Of a stretch of 64,000 bases of DNA, positions 47,785 to 57,539 are shown one piece after another. Source of the stretch: Vulcanimicrobiota bacterium (GTDB taxonomy: Bacteria; Vulcanimicrobiota; Vulcanimicrobiia; Vulcanimicrobiales; Vulcanimicrobiaceae); the NCBI GenBank assembly GCA_963786105.1, contig CAWAXX010000018.1, forward strand, positions 96,001 to 160,000, read 5' to 3'. Below the pieces are notes generated by a model that worked only from the letters and a program-made list of their open reading frames with translations, was not told the DNA's origin and ran no database searches. Within the stretch, counting starts at the first letter, position 1; every line of letters begins with the position of its first letter. The translations under genes and the position numbers were made by a program.

Positions 47785-48918
47785 GTGAATCGGCGAACCT
47801 TCTCTCTGTTTGCCGCGTCGGGTTGCGCCGCACTTCCGCTTCGCACGCTCGCGAGTGCCGGCTCTACTCGGATCGCCGATGAGATGCGCTGGACCGGAGT
47901 ACCCGGCGCGGCGTTTGCTCGGGTCGATCGTACTTCGCTCCACTGTACTCCCATCGGCTTGCGCGACGTAGCTACGCGGCTACCGGTAACGACGTCAACG
48001 TTCTTTGAAGCCGCATCCCTGTCCAAGCCCGTCTTCGCCTACGCCGTCCTTGGACTCGTTGCGCGAGGGACGCTCGATCTCGATCGCCCGCTCGATACCT
48101 ATCTTCCCGCTCCGTATCCGATCGCGGACCGGCATGGTGCTACAATTTCCGCACGACACGTTCTCTCGCATACCAGCGGTCTGCCGAACTGGAGGCACGC
48201 AGCAGGGGAGGAGCTGTCGCTCGCGTTTGTGCCCGGAACGCGGTACCGTTATTCAGGCGAAGGCTTCTATTTCTTACAAACGGTGGTCGAGCACCTTACC
48301 GGAGAGCCGACGGCACGATTCATGCGCTCCACATTGGACGAACTCGGAATGCGCGACAGCAGCTACGTCTGGCGGGATGAGGACGCTACGAACTGCGCGC
48401 TTCCATACGACGCTGACGGCAAGGCCTTGCGACACGATACCGCGCTTCTGGGGCGGCAGTTGATCGCGATCGGGCGGGCGCATTCGAAACCCCTGGAAGA
48501 CTGGAACAGCGCGGACGCACTCGCCGCGTTGCCGTCCGTACGCCCGCCGGTCGCCGCACTTCCCTGGAATGCCATGCCAAACGTCGGGTGGTCCTTGCTT
48601 ACGACGGTGCGCGACTACGCGCGGTTCGTGCAGACGCTCTTGAACCAGCCCAACCACCCCATGTTTACGCCCACCATTCAACTAAGCGACTACATCTGGC
48701 GCGGCCTCGGCGTCGCATTACAGAAGCGAGCGGCGTCGATCGCATTCTTTCACACCGGATCGAATCCGGGCTTCAAAGCCGCAATGTTCGGCGATTCGAA
48801 GACCCGCCTCGGTTTTGTATCATTTGCGAACGGCGACGGCGGGTTTCCGCTGAACATGCATTTGCTCGAAGACGCCGTTGGCATCCAGCCGGTGGTCTTC
48901 TACCTCGAACAGCCGTAG
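47785..48918 (+). CDS. Tat-exported serine hydrolase, beta-lactamase family
   Basis: NRRTF signal, ASLSK, LSHTSG, YSGEG, HTGSN. Confidence 0.9.
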   Translation: MNRRTFSLFAASGCAALPLRTLASAGSTRIADEMRWTGVPGAAFARVDRTSLHCTPIGLRDVATRLPVTTSTFFEAASLSKPVFAYAVLGLVARGTLDLDRPLDTYLPAPYPIADRHGATISARHVLSHTSGLPNWRHAAGEELSLAFVPGTRYRYSGEGFYFLQTVVEHLTGEPTARFMRSTLDELGMRDSSYVWRDEDATNCALPYDADGKALRHDTALLGRQLIAIGRAHSKPLEDWNSADALAALPSVRPPVAALPWNAMPNVGWSLLTTVRDYARFVQTLLNQPNHPMFTPTIQLSDYIWRGLGVALQKRAASIAFFHTGSNPGFKAAMFGDSKTRLGFVSFANGDGGFPLNMHLLEDAVGIQPVVFYLEQP

Positions 48919-48923
48919 CCGGG

Positions 48924-50789
48924 TTATTCTACTCGAATAACCGCCATCATGCCGTTGTCTTCGTGGAACAGCATGTGGCAGTGGAATACGAACGTGCCTT
49001 TGGGTACGTGGCGAAAATCGAGCAATATCTTCGTGATGCTCGGCTGGACCATCGGATAATTGGGATCGTGACGGTTCGGCAGCAGCCGCCCGACGGGCAC
49101 GAACGACGTGTCCACCGAGACCGGAATACCTGCAGAGCCGCGTTCCTGGACGTAAGACATCTGATGGATGTGGAAGACGTGCGATTCCATCGTCGCGTTG
49201 ATCAGATACCATTCCTCGACGCTGCCGGCCCGCACGACGACGTCGGCGCTCGATGGAACGGTACCGTTCGCCGCGTAGTCCGGCCAAAATGGGTGCTCGT
49301 GGAACTGCGGGTTGGTGGTATCGGTGATGTAATAAGCACCGTGTTCGGGCGCCTTCGTCGTCTTGGGAAACCCGTATTCCGTAAAGGTGATAGCTCTCCG
49401 GCGCACCAGCGATGGATTGGCGCGCGCGAATGCGACGAGCTTTGCGGCCGGCGTCTTAGAAATCTGCACGGGCACGGGGGTCAACTCCGCCGCTTCCCCC
49501 GTCGCGCCGGCTACGCCGTGGATCCGCAGCACGTCGTGGTGCATCTGGAAGAACGCATCGGAGCCTTCACAGTAGTGCTCGCTGGACAGCGTCAGCGTTT
49601 GGCCCACACCCACCGTTACCAACACGTCGGCACGGGCCATCGGCGCGACCATCACGTCGTTCATCGCGACGTACCGTGTCAAGGGGTGAGACATATCTCC
49701 CGACACGGGGATACCGTCGAGGCCGACGACCCGCATCGTTTGCACGCGTCCTTCCGCATCGCGCAACTGCAAACGCTTGGGCGAATCCGACGTTGCGTCG
49801 ATGAGCCGGAAGAGCTGCACTTGGCCCGCGGGAACGTCGAGCGATGCCGGCGCCATCGATCCGTCCACGCTTACGACGGGTTCGGCGCCGAGCCCGTCGC
49901 AGCCGCTTGCATCCGCCGTAACCCCGCCGGCGCTCATCGCGAAGGTCAACGGCCACGGCGGCGGATTAAAAGGATCGTAGGCAACCGGCGTCGCCTGCTT
50001 GAGGGCGGTTTGGTGTCTTTCAGAAAGGGTTACTGCTGCGCCCCCGTCGTCGGGCACGAAACGATTGTCTAATCGAATCGGCAGCCGGTAACGAAGCAGG
50101 ACGACGTGATCCGCGGAACGTGGAATTTGTGGACGATTCGGCTCCACGATCCACGCCCCGGACAGGCCGCGCGCCACTTCCGCATCTGCCGAGCCATGCG
50201 CGTGCGGGTGGTAGAAATACGTGCCCGGTGGTTGCGTCGCGGGGATCGTGACGTGATACTCGCACGCGTGCATCGGCGTGCTCAGCGTCGAAAGGAAGAC
50301 GTTTTCTTCGGCCGCCGGACCTTCGAAGCCGTGCAAGTGGATGTTCGTATCCACCGGACGCACGGGCACGTACCGGTCGTCGATGATATGATTCAGATAG
50401 CCGACGTAGTGCGTGACCGTCGCCGGATCCATGTGCATGGGCATGCACGGCGGGACCGCCGTCGACGCGACGCGCTCGCCTTTGCTGGGACCCGAAATAT
50501 CGTTGACGACGCGTACCGCGAAATGTTCGCCCGGCCGCACGCGAATGGTCGGCGCGACGGTTTGCACCGAGCCGTTCCATTCATATCGGTAGCAGAACGC
50601 CTTCGCGTCTCCGTGGGCGGCGAGAATCAACTCGTGCTCGCCCGTTGCATTGAGCGGAAGGTTCCAAACGTCGACGTTCGGCGGCTCCATCAACGCGCGA
50701 GCGTCGGACAACGGACCGCACGCTGGAGCGCGATGTCGCGGCGGTGAAGCGGCCGCGGTCTGCGGCACGGCGCCGCCGACCCCCGCCAA
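48924..50789 (-). CDS. Multicopper oxidase
   Basis: NIHLHG, YHPHAHG, HVFHIH, HCHMLFHEDNGMM. The true start may lie further upstream. Confidence 0.92.
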   Translation of the reverse strand: MAGVGGAVPQTAAASPPRHRAPACGPLSDARALMEPPNVDVWNLPLNATGEHELILAAHGDAKAFCYRYEWNGSVQTVAPTIRVRPGEHFAVRVVNDISGPSKGERVASTAVPPCMPMHMDPATVTHYVGYLNHIIDDRYVPVRPVDTNIHLHGFEGPAAEENVFLSTLSTPMHACEYHVTIPATQPPGTYFYHPHAHGSADAEVARGLSGAWIVEPNRPQIPRSADHVVLLRYRLPIRLDNRFVPDDGGAAVTLSERHQTALKQATPVAYDPFNPPPWPLTFAMSAGGVTADASGCDGLGAEPVVSVDGSMAPASLDVPAGQVQLFRLIDATSDSPKRLQLRDAEGRVQTMRVVGLDGIPVSGDMSHPLTRYVAMNDVMVAPMARADVLVTVGVGQTLTLSSEHYCEGSDAFFQMHHDVLRIHGVAGATGEAAELTPVPVQISKTPAAKLVAFARANPSLVRRRAITFTEYGFPKTTKAPEHGAYYITDTTNPQFHEHPFWPDYAANGTVPSSADVVVRAGSVEEWYLINATMESHVFHIHQMSYVQERGSAGIPVSVDTSFVPVGRLLPNRHDPNYPMVQPSITKILLDFRHVPKGTFVFHCHMLFHEDNGMMAVIRVE

Positions 50790-51054
50790 AACGAGGATCA
50801 GCGCGGGCCATACAAAGGACCGGCCGTTTATTCGAATATTAGAAGTTTGCGTTGTGGCTTTTTGAAGTCCTGTTTATTGTGTCGAAGCCGCACATGGATG
50901 ATCCGGCGTGCGTCAGGTGGCTCGTCGCGCCAAGCATCGCTCAACCGGGACTTTTGGTACCGTGGAAACTGGTACGAAGGTCCCGGGCAGCTCGTTTGAA
51001 AATAGCCTCGCCGGCGTTGCAACTCCTCGGCCCAGTCCAGGCGTTTTGGTCGGC

Positions 51055-51726
51055 ATGCAAGACGTAACAGAACTCCAGCGCCACGCGTCTCCCGGCGGAC
51101 GCCCGCAGCCCCTAGCGTTTCATAAGAACGCCTTGTGGGTGGGCTGCTGGGATACCGACCGGCTCTACGCCATCGATCCGCAATCGTGGAAAGTCACCGA
51201 CGAGGTTGCCGCGCCAGGACGGCCGTACGGTATTGCCGCCATGGGAAACGACTTACGCGTGGTGGTCGCGATCGGAAAAGACGAGGACCGTTACCTGTTT
51301 CGATTCGTTCCAGGGCGGGGCTTCGACGAGACCAGCAAAATGCCGTGCCCCGATTTTACGGGATCCTATCTCGCTTCCGACGGTTCGACACTGTACATGA
51401 CGCAACTCGGACTCCGTCGCATCGTCGTACTCGATGAAAAAGCGGCGATCCAGCGCGAGATACCGTTATCGACGCGGTGCCTTGGAATCGCCATCGGTCC
51501 CGGCGGCACGTTTTATACCATTGCGGCCGACGATGAGTTTGAAAATCTCGAGTTGGCAACGCTCGACGTACGATCGGAGGCGCCGCAACCGTCCCCGCTG
51601 TGCAAGCTGGCCGACGACGCGCGCGGGCTGGCCTACGACGGCAGCACGTGGTGGACGAGCTACCGCGAGGCCAGCGAAATCGTCGCGTTTACGCCGAAAG
51701 AGGCTTCGGCGCTTCCAGGAGTCTAG
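51055..51726 (+). CDS. Hypothetical beta-propeller-like protein
   Basis: Blade-like repeats PQPLAF, PYGIA, LASDGSTLY, RGLAYDGSTWW. Confidence 0.7.
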   Translation: MQDVTELQRHASPGGRPQPLAFHKNALWVGCWDTDRLYAIDPQSWKVTDEVAAPGRPYGIAAMGNDLRVVVAIGKDEDRYLFRFVPGRGFDETSKMPCPDFTGSYLASDGSTLYMTQLGLRRIVVLDEKAAIQREIPLSTRCLGIAIGPGGTFYTIAADDEFENLELATLDVRSEAPQPSPLCKLADDARGLAYDGSTWWTSYREASEIVAFTPKEASALPGV

Positions 51727-52283
51727 GTCGAGCTTTTCTTGCAGGTGATCGTGACCGTCGTGACCTTTCCTTGCGGATCGGTCGTCGTACTTACGTCGGT
51801 CGTTTGCACGTCGCTCACCTTGGTAATCGCGTCGGTGAAGGTGCTCCCATCGAGACCTTTGCCGGCCCACATCGCGGTATTGCCCTGCCAGCCGGGTGTC
51901 GATTCGATACCGTAACCGCCAAGGTTGTCGAGGTTCACCGATACCCATTGCTTAACGCCGCTGTCGTACGTCGTGGAGGTCATACCGTTTTGGGCAACGG
52001 TGCGATATTGATCGAACGGCGGCGCGGTGGATTGATCGAGCATCCACATTCCATCAGCGCTCATGCTGTAGACGTCGGTTTCGGGACGCGTCTTGCCGCG
52101 CAGCGGCTGCGTGCACGACCAGCTACCCAGCAGGAAGTTCATCGAGGAAAAGTCGGGATGGGGTATCGGCACCGGCGTCGGCGCGGCCATCGGTGCCGTA
52201 TCGGCGACCGAGGCTAACGGGGCGGCGGCGAATCCAACCGCAAAAAGTGCACACCCTAAGGCAACGAGTGCCCAATGCTTCAT
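51723..52283 (-). CDS. Hypothetical secreted protein
   Basis: Signal peptide MKHWALVAL after SD GAAAGGG; FLLGSWSC motif. Confidence 0.75.
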   Translation of the reverse strand: MKHWALVALGCALFAVGFAAAPLASVADTAPMAAPTPVPIPHPDFSSMNFLLGSWSCTQPLRGKTRPETDVYSMSADGMWMLDQSTAPPFDQYRTVAQNGMTSTTYDSGVKQWVSVNLDNLGGYGIESTPGWQGNTAMWAGKGLDGSTFTDAITKVSDVQTTDVSTTTDPQGKVTTVTITCKKSST

Positions 52284-52429
52284 ATTGAGACCCTTTCTAA
52301 GTTGCTCGCCCTTACGGCAAGCTAGCAAACTCTCGTAGTCCGCGAGGTCGGCCGCTTCCTCCATCGCCTGCCTTCTTCACCCGATTTTCTACGCAGGCTC
52401 ACGCGGCCGCCGGTGAAACTCCGCACGCT

Positions 52430-54049
52430 ATGACCGCCACGATATCGCTTCGATTCGTCCTTGGACTGCTGGCAACGGCCGCTACGCTCGCAGGCTGCGC
52501 GCGAGCTCCGGTTACTGGCGGCGCCTTCGTCATCGCTCAGCAGTGGGAGCCGCAATCGCTCAACCCGGCGCTCGAAAACGGTACGTCCTCTACCGAATGG
52601 TCGATGCTCGTTTTCTCCTACCTCGTGAAGTACGACGATCGCGGCCGGCTCGTGCCCGACATCGCAACCGACGTGCCCACTTTACGAAATGGCGGCATCA
52701 GTCCCGACGGCAAGACGATCATCTATCGGATTCGCAAGGGCATTCGCTTTGCCGACGGAGTCTCTCTCACCGCCGCCGACTGCGCCTGGTCGATCGAGGC
52801 GATCAACAACCCGCGCAACAACGTGCAAAGCCGCTTTGCCTACGACGACGTCGCGCGGGCGGAGGCCCCGACGCCGACGCGGCTCGTGCTTCACCTCAAG
52901 CGCCCGTTCCCGCCGCTTATTACCGTCGTAGGCGCGCCGCAGGGCTTCCCGATTCTGCCCAAACACGCCCTCGCGCGGTTTCCTAGTTTCAACCAAGTCG
53001 ATTTCAACGGAGCACCGTTCGGGTCGGGACCGTACCGCGTCGAACGCTGGCTGCGCAGCGATCGCGTCGAACTGCGGGCCAATCCCTTCTACTGGAAGGG
53101 GCCGATCGCGATCCCGCGGATGACGATCCTCTTTGTAGCTAATCCGCAAACCGCGCTAAATCTGTTGCAGACGCATGAAATCGACGGCTACTTCGACGAG
53201 CAAGACTACGCCAACTACCCGCGGCTGCTCGCTATTCACGGCTACCGTTTGACCAACACTCAGCAGAATGCCGTTGGGGCGATCATTTTCAACACGCAAG
53301 ATCCGCTCACGGCCGACCCTCGCGTGCGCCACGCGCTGGCCGAAGCGATCGACATTCCAGGCCTCATTGCCAAAGCGTACCGTGGCGCGTTACGCAGCCG
53401 GCATGCGGGCGCAGGCCTCTTCTTATGGGCGTTCGATCCGCGCGCTTATCCAGACGTCCCGTACGATCCCGACCACGCCCGTCGCCTTCTCGAAAGCGCC
53501 GGCTGGCATCCCGGCCCGAACGGGATTCGTACAAAGAACGGACGCGCGCTCGAACTTCTGCTGATCATTCAGGCCGCTACGCCCGGCGATGCGACCGTCG
53601 CCGACAACGTCGTTCAGTACGAAAGCGCGATCGGCGCAAGGGTCACGCTCAAGCAGTTCAACATCACGCAGTTCGTGGCGCCCGCTGCGGAAAACGGCCC
53701 GGTGTACGGCGGCAAATTCCAAATGGCGCTGTATTCGTTCGAGAACGGCGACGATCCCGACACGACCGACCAGTTTGCCTGCGCCAACGTCCCCCCCGGC
53801 GGGTACAATAAGTCGCGCATCTGCGATCCAACGATCGACGACCTGCTTGCGCGCGGATTGAGCACGTACGATCCGGTTCGTCGGGCGGCTACCTACCGCG
53901 CCTTGCAAGCCGTGTTGTATCGCGAGTTACCGATTGCGTTGATCTATCGGCGTTCTCAGCTTAACGCATTCTCAAACCGGCTGCGCGGACAGACGACGTC
54001 GCTATCGGGCCCGTTCTGGAACGTCGGGCGCTGGACCCTGTCATCCTGA
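52430..54049 (+). CDS. Peptide ABC transporter substrate-binding lipoprotein (family 5)
   Basis: Lipobox LAG-C, NGGISPDGKTI, GSGPY, VRHAL; paralogous to 30068-31687. Confidence 0.9.
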   Translation: MTATISLRFVLGLLATAATLAGCARAPVTGGAFVIAQQWEPQSLNPALENGTSSTEWSMLVFSYLVKYDDRGRLVPDIATDVPTLRNGGISPDGKTIIYRIRKGIRFADGVSLTAADCAWSIEAINNPRNNVQSRFAYDDVARAEAPTPTRLVLHLKRPFPPLITVVGAPQGFPILPKHALARFPSFNQVDFNGAPFGSGPYRVERWLRSDRVELRANPFYWKGPIAIPRMTILFVANPQTALNLLQTHEIDGYFDEQDYANYPRLLAIHGYRLTNTQQNAVGAIIFNTQDPLTADPRVRHALAEAIDIPGLIAKAYRGALRSRHAGAGLFLWAFDPRAYPDVPYDPDHARRLLESAGWHPGPNGIRTKNGRALELLLIIQAATPGDATVADNVVQYESAIGARVTLKQFNITQFVAPAAENGPVYGGKFQMALYSFENGDDPDTTDQFACANVPPGGYNKSRICDPTIDDLLARGLSTYDPVRRAATYRALQAVLYRELPIALIYRRSQLNAFSNRLRGQTTSLSGPFWNVGRWTLSS

Positions 54050-54056
54050 GCTGAGC
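54039..54056. repeat. Truncated REP-like repeat, copy 3
   Basis: TGTCATCCTGAGCTGAGC is 17/18 identical to the start of copy 2 and provides the TGA of the ABC binding-protein gene. Confidence 0.6.
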
Positions 54057-54063
54057 GCTCCTT

Positions 54064-56106
54064 TTACAGGTGCTTCGTGAGAAAATCGACGGTAGCCTGA
54101 TCCGCCTGTAGCCAGGATTGCCAATGCAGAAAACCGTGGATGTCGTTGGGAATGACGATTTCCTCGTAAGGAACGTGCGCCATTTTTAAGCGCTCCACGA
54201 GATCGACCATTTGGTGAAACGGTACGTTGCGGTCGTCGTCGCCTTGAATCAACAGCACCGGCGAACGCCACGTCGAGATGTAGGCGTCCGGCGATGAGTA
54301 CCAGGCCGTCTTTAGAAATCGTTTCTTGTCGTAGGTCTGGTAGCGTTTATCCGCAGTCGAGAACCACTCGGGAAACATCGACCAATCGTGAACGCCGTGA
54401 AAATCGACCCCCGCTTTGAAGATATCGGAGTTCTTCGCCAAAGCCATGGCCGTCAAGTACCCGCCGTAGGAGCCTCCCCAAATGCCAATCCGCTTGCGAT
54501 CCACCCGCGGATCTTGTTGGAGGAACTGGGCTCCTGCGAGAACGTCTTGGTATTCACTCGCGCCCGCCGGTCCGGCGAGCTGTGGGTATTGAAAGTCGTG
54601 GCCGTAGCCGATACCTAGACGGTAGTTCACCGACAATACGACGAAACCGCGGCTGGCTAAGTACTGGTTCGTGGCATACGCGTACGAGTAGTAATCCATA
54701 TAATGCCACGTCAGCAGCATCTGTCGCGGTGGGCCGCCATGCACGAAGATTACCGCGGGTTTTTTGGAAGCGCCTCCGGGTGCGTCGAAGATCTGTCCGT
54801 GCACCACCGTGCCGTCCGGCGCGCGAAACGCCACTTCGCGCGGTACGACGAGAGCCGCCGCCGGAAAGTCCGCGGGTATTTGATCGCTGCTAAGGGACCG
54901 AGCGTTGAGCCCGATCGTCATCGGCACTTGAGGACCCGCTTGCACGTACGCGACACCATCGCTGGTTGCGGCCGGCCACCATTCGCTATTTTCCCCGCTC
55001 GTCACCGCTTCCGGCGGTCCGCCAGCGGCCGAAACTCGAAACACGTGACGCCGGTCGTCGTCGCCATTCGTTCTGCCGGAGTTTGCGGTGTAGTAAATCG
55101 TGCGCAGATCGGGCGAAACGGCCACGTCTTCGACCATGAACGTACCCGGCGTCAGCGCATCGGCGGCGCCGCCGGCTGCCGAAACGGCGTACAGGTTGGG
55201 CCAGTTCGAACGCTCCGATATGAACGCGAGCCGATTCCCGGCGATCCAATGCAGTTGCGGACCGTTGATTCCGGGAAGCGAATCGCGCAACGCATGGCCG
55301 CTGGTCCAAGCGGCGTGCGCCGAGCCGCCCGCGACGTTCGCCACCCAAACCGCCCACGGACGCGAATATCGCTTGAGCGGGTCTTGCGGCGGTCCGCCGC
55401 GGCCGCCTATGCGCACGTACGCCACGGACGCACCGTCGGGCGACCACTGCGGTGAAAAGTCGCGCGACGTTGACGGCGCGAGATATTGAATCGGAGTTCC
55501 GTCATCGCGGAAAATACCGACGAACGAATGATCGTCACGATCGGACGTAAAGGCAAGGGCTCTTCCGTCGGGCGACCACTGCAAGTCGCCGTCATTTCCC
55601 TTATCGAAAAACAGCCTTTTCGATTCCTTGCTGCCGTCGACCGGCGCGCTCCAAACCGATTGGTCGGGGTCGTGAACGAACGCCACCCGCGTACCGTCGG
55701 GCGAAATCGCGGGCGAGTCGCCCTCGCCAAGTATTTTCGGCGACGAACCGGCAGCGGTCGCGAGCGACACCACCGTGAGGTGAGGCTCTTTCGGACTCGA
55801 GTCGGGATCCGGCCAGGGATGCTCTGGCCAATTGGCATCATGGGCTCCGCCTCGAACGTACGCGACGAACGCTCCGCCTTTGGACACGCTGAGATTGGTA
55901 AGCTCCTGTCCGTCGTCGGCGCCGGAACTCCATAGGCGTCGTGGCTGATATTCGGGCGCTCGCGCAAACCATACGCTCCGGATACCGCTTTCGTCCAGAA
56001 CGTACGCGATCGCCGATCCGTCTGGACTCGCCGCCAAAGCCATCGGCAGCGGAAAACTCAAGACCTGGCTCAGTGAAAAGAGTAAACCGAAAATGAGGTG
56101 CATCAA
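54064..56106 (-). CDS. S9-family peptidase with PD40/TolB-like repeats
   Basis: WSPDG repeats, HGGP, GGSYGG, DDRNV, HGF. Confidence 0.93.
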   Translation of the reverse strand: MMHLIFGLLFSLSQVLSFPLPMALAASPDGSAIAYVLDESGIRSVWFARAPEYQPRRLWSSGADDGQELTNLSVSKGGAFVAYVRGGAHDANWPEHPWPDPDSSPKEPHLTVVSLATAAGSSPKILGEGDSPAISPDGTRVAFVHDPDQSVWSAPVDGSKESKRLFFDKGNDGDLQWSPDGRALAFTSDRDDHSFVGIFRDDGTPIQYLAPSTSRDFSPQWSPDGASVAYVRIGGRGGPPQDPLKRYSRPWAVWVANVAGGSAHAAWTSGHALRDSLPGINGPQLHWIAGNRLAFISERSNWPNLYAVSAAGGAADALTPGTFMVEDVAVSPDLRTIYYTANSGRTNGDDDRRHVFRVSAAGGPPEAVTSGENSEWWPAATSDGVAYVQAGPQVPMTIGLNARSLSSDQIPADFPAAALVVPREVAFRAPDGTVVHGQIFDAPGGASKKPAVIFVHGGPPRQMLLTWHYMDYYSYAYATNQYLASRGFVVLSVNYRLGIGYGHDFQYPQLAGPAGASEYQDVLAGAQFLQQDPRVDRKRIGIWGGSYGGYLTAMALAKNSDIFKAGVDFHGVHDWSMFPEWFSTADKRYQTYDKKRFLKTAWYSSPDAYISTWRSPVLLIQGDDDRNVPFHQMVDLVERLKMAHVPYEEIVIPNDIHGFLHWQSWLQADQATVDFLTKHL

Positions 56107-56113
56107 AAGACTC

Positions 56114-57439
56114 CTAACGCTCGAGCAACGTCACGCCGTTCCCAGCAGCAATGACTCTATACGTTCCGCCGTCGACCGCCCGGCGAATTTGTGGAAGAAT
56201 GCGCTGCGTCCACGCCGTGGACGCATACCGATCGTCGTACAGCACGTACTGCGGACGCGAGCGCACTCCTATGGCCGCCTGCGGAAAGAATCCGAGGTGC
56301 GCGTAGATCTCGTCGTACGTTCCGACGCTCGCCGTCTGCGCGATGCGCGCGATTGCGGCATTCGTCGCCGCGTCGGCGGCATTGGGCATCCGAAGAAAGT
56401 GCCCGAGGTGTAAGGGGCTGAAGAATATCAGCGTCAGCGTGCAGAGAGCGGCGCTGGCGCCGACCCACCGCCGCCCAACAAGGGCGCTTTTCGATAAGAG
56501 GTGCGCGCCCGCGAGGGCGAAGGCGACCAAGACGTAGGGGACCCATACCGCCGCGTAATGCTGGCCCATCGTATACATGAGCGGCTCGCGCGACGCCAAT
56601 ACCTCGAACAAGCCCGGAAGCGCCAACCATACCACCGGCGAACGCAACGGGAGGAACGCCAACGGGGCGAAAGCTTCGAGAAGATACGTCAGCCGGCCGC
56701 CGATTTCGGCTCCCAGGGAACGTGGCGACGCGTATCCGTTCCACGCGTAAAAATGGCTCGGAACCCACACTGGCGGCGCTCCTGCGAGCGGCCGGACGAT
56801 CCCGAAGTATCCCCAAAACACGGCAATGGAAACGACGACCGCCGCAACGCCAAACAGCCTGCCGGCGCGCTCGCGCCGTCTCGCGAAATAGACGCACGAG
56901 ACCACCCCCAAGATTGCCATCGCGATCGCTTGGTCTTCTTTGATCGAGAGTGCGACGGCCACCAGGATGCTTGCCACGCCGAAACGGCGCGCGTCGATCG
57001 CCCACAACAACCAGGCGATGGTTGCCGGCAGGAACGCCGTTTCGTGAAAGTCCGTAAACGTTACGCCTTGTAGTGGAGGATACAAGAGCGCGATACAGGC
57101 CAGCGCCGCCGCTCCGATGTCGCACGTGCGCTTGCGCGCGATTGCGTACAAGGCCGGCGCGACCAGTGCGGTAGCGACCGCTTGCACCACGACCAACGCC
57201 AGCGCCGAGCCGGTGAGCCAAAGCAACGGCGCGCATAGGTACAGAATCGGCGAAAAATGATACGCGAAGTGCGACGTCCCTTCGACGGTATTGCTGAAGC
57301 CGTGGAACGCGCTCGCGATCGTTTGGGTAAACAAGCCCAGGTCCGCGCCGGAATGATAGGTGACGTACCGGTCGGCTCCGAGTACCGCAAAAACCGCGGC
57401 ATATATAGCGGTCGCGAGCACGACCATTCGCGTCGGCAT
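56114..57439 (-). CDS. DUF2079-family membrane protein (GT-C glycosyltransferase-like)
   Basis: DLGLFTQ, HFSPIL, DFHE, KED, HY; multiple TM segments. Confidence 0.88.
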   Translation of the reverse strand: MPTRMVVLATAIYAAVFAVLGADRYVTYHSGADLGLFTQTIASAFHGFSNTVEGTSHFAYHFSPILYLCAPLLWLTGSALALVVVQAVATALVAPALYAIARKRTCDIGAAALACIALLYPPLQGVTFTDFHETAFLPATIAWLLWAIDARRFGVASILVAVALSIKEDQAIAMAILGVVSCVYFARRRERAGRLFGVAAVVVSIAVFWGYFGIVRPLAGAPPVWVPSHFYAWNGYASPRSLGAEIGGRLTYLLEAFAPLAFLPLRSPVVWLALPGLFEVLASREPLMYTMGQHYAAVWVPYVLVAFALAGAHLLSKSALVGRRWVGASAALCTLTLIFFSPLHLGHFLRMPNAADAATNAAIARIAQTASVGTYDEIYAHLGFFPQAAIGVRSRPQYVLYDDRYASTAWTQRILPQIRRAVDGGTYRVIAAGNGVTLLER

Positions 57440-57539
57440 CGCCGCTCCTTCGCTGCGGGCTCCGCCGTGTCACCCTCAGCGCCGGGCGGCACTCAAGGGC
57501 GAAGGGGCATTGCGGACCGCCGTCCGAACTCGACCGGGC

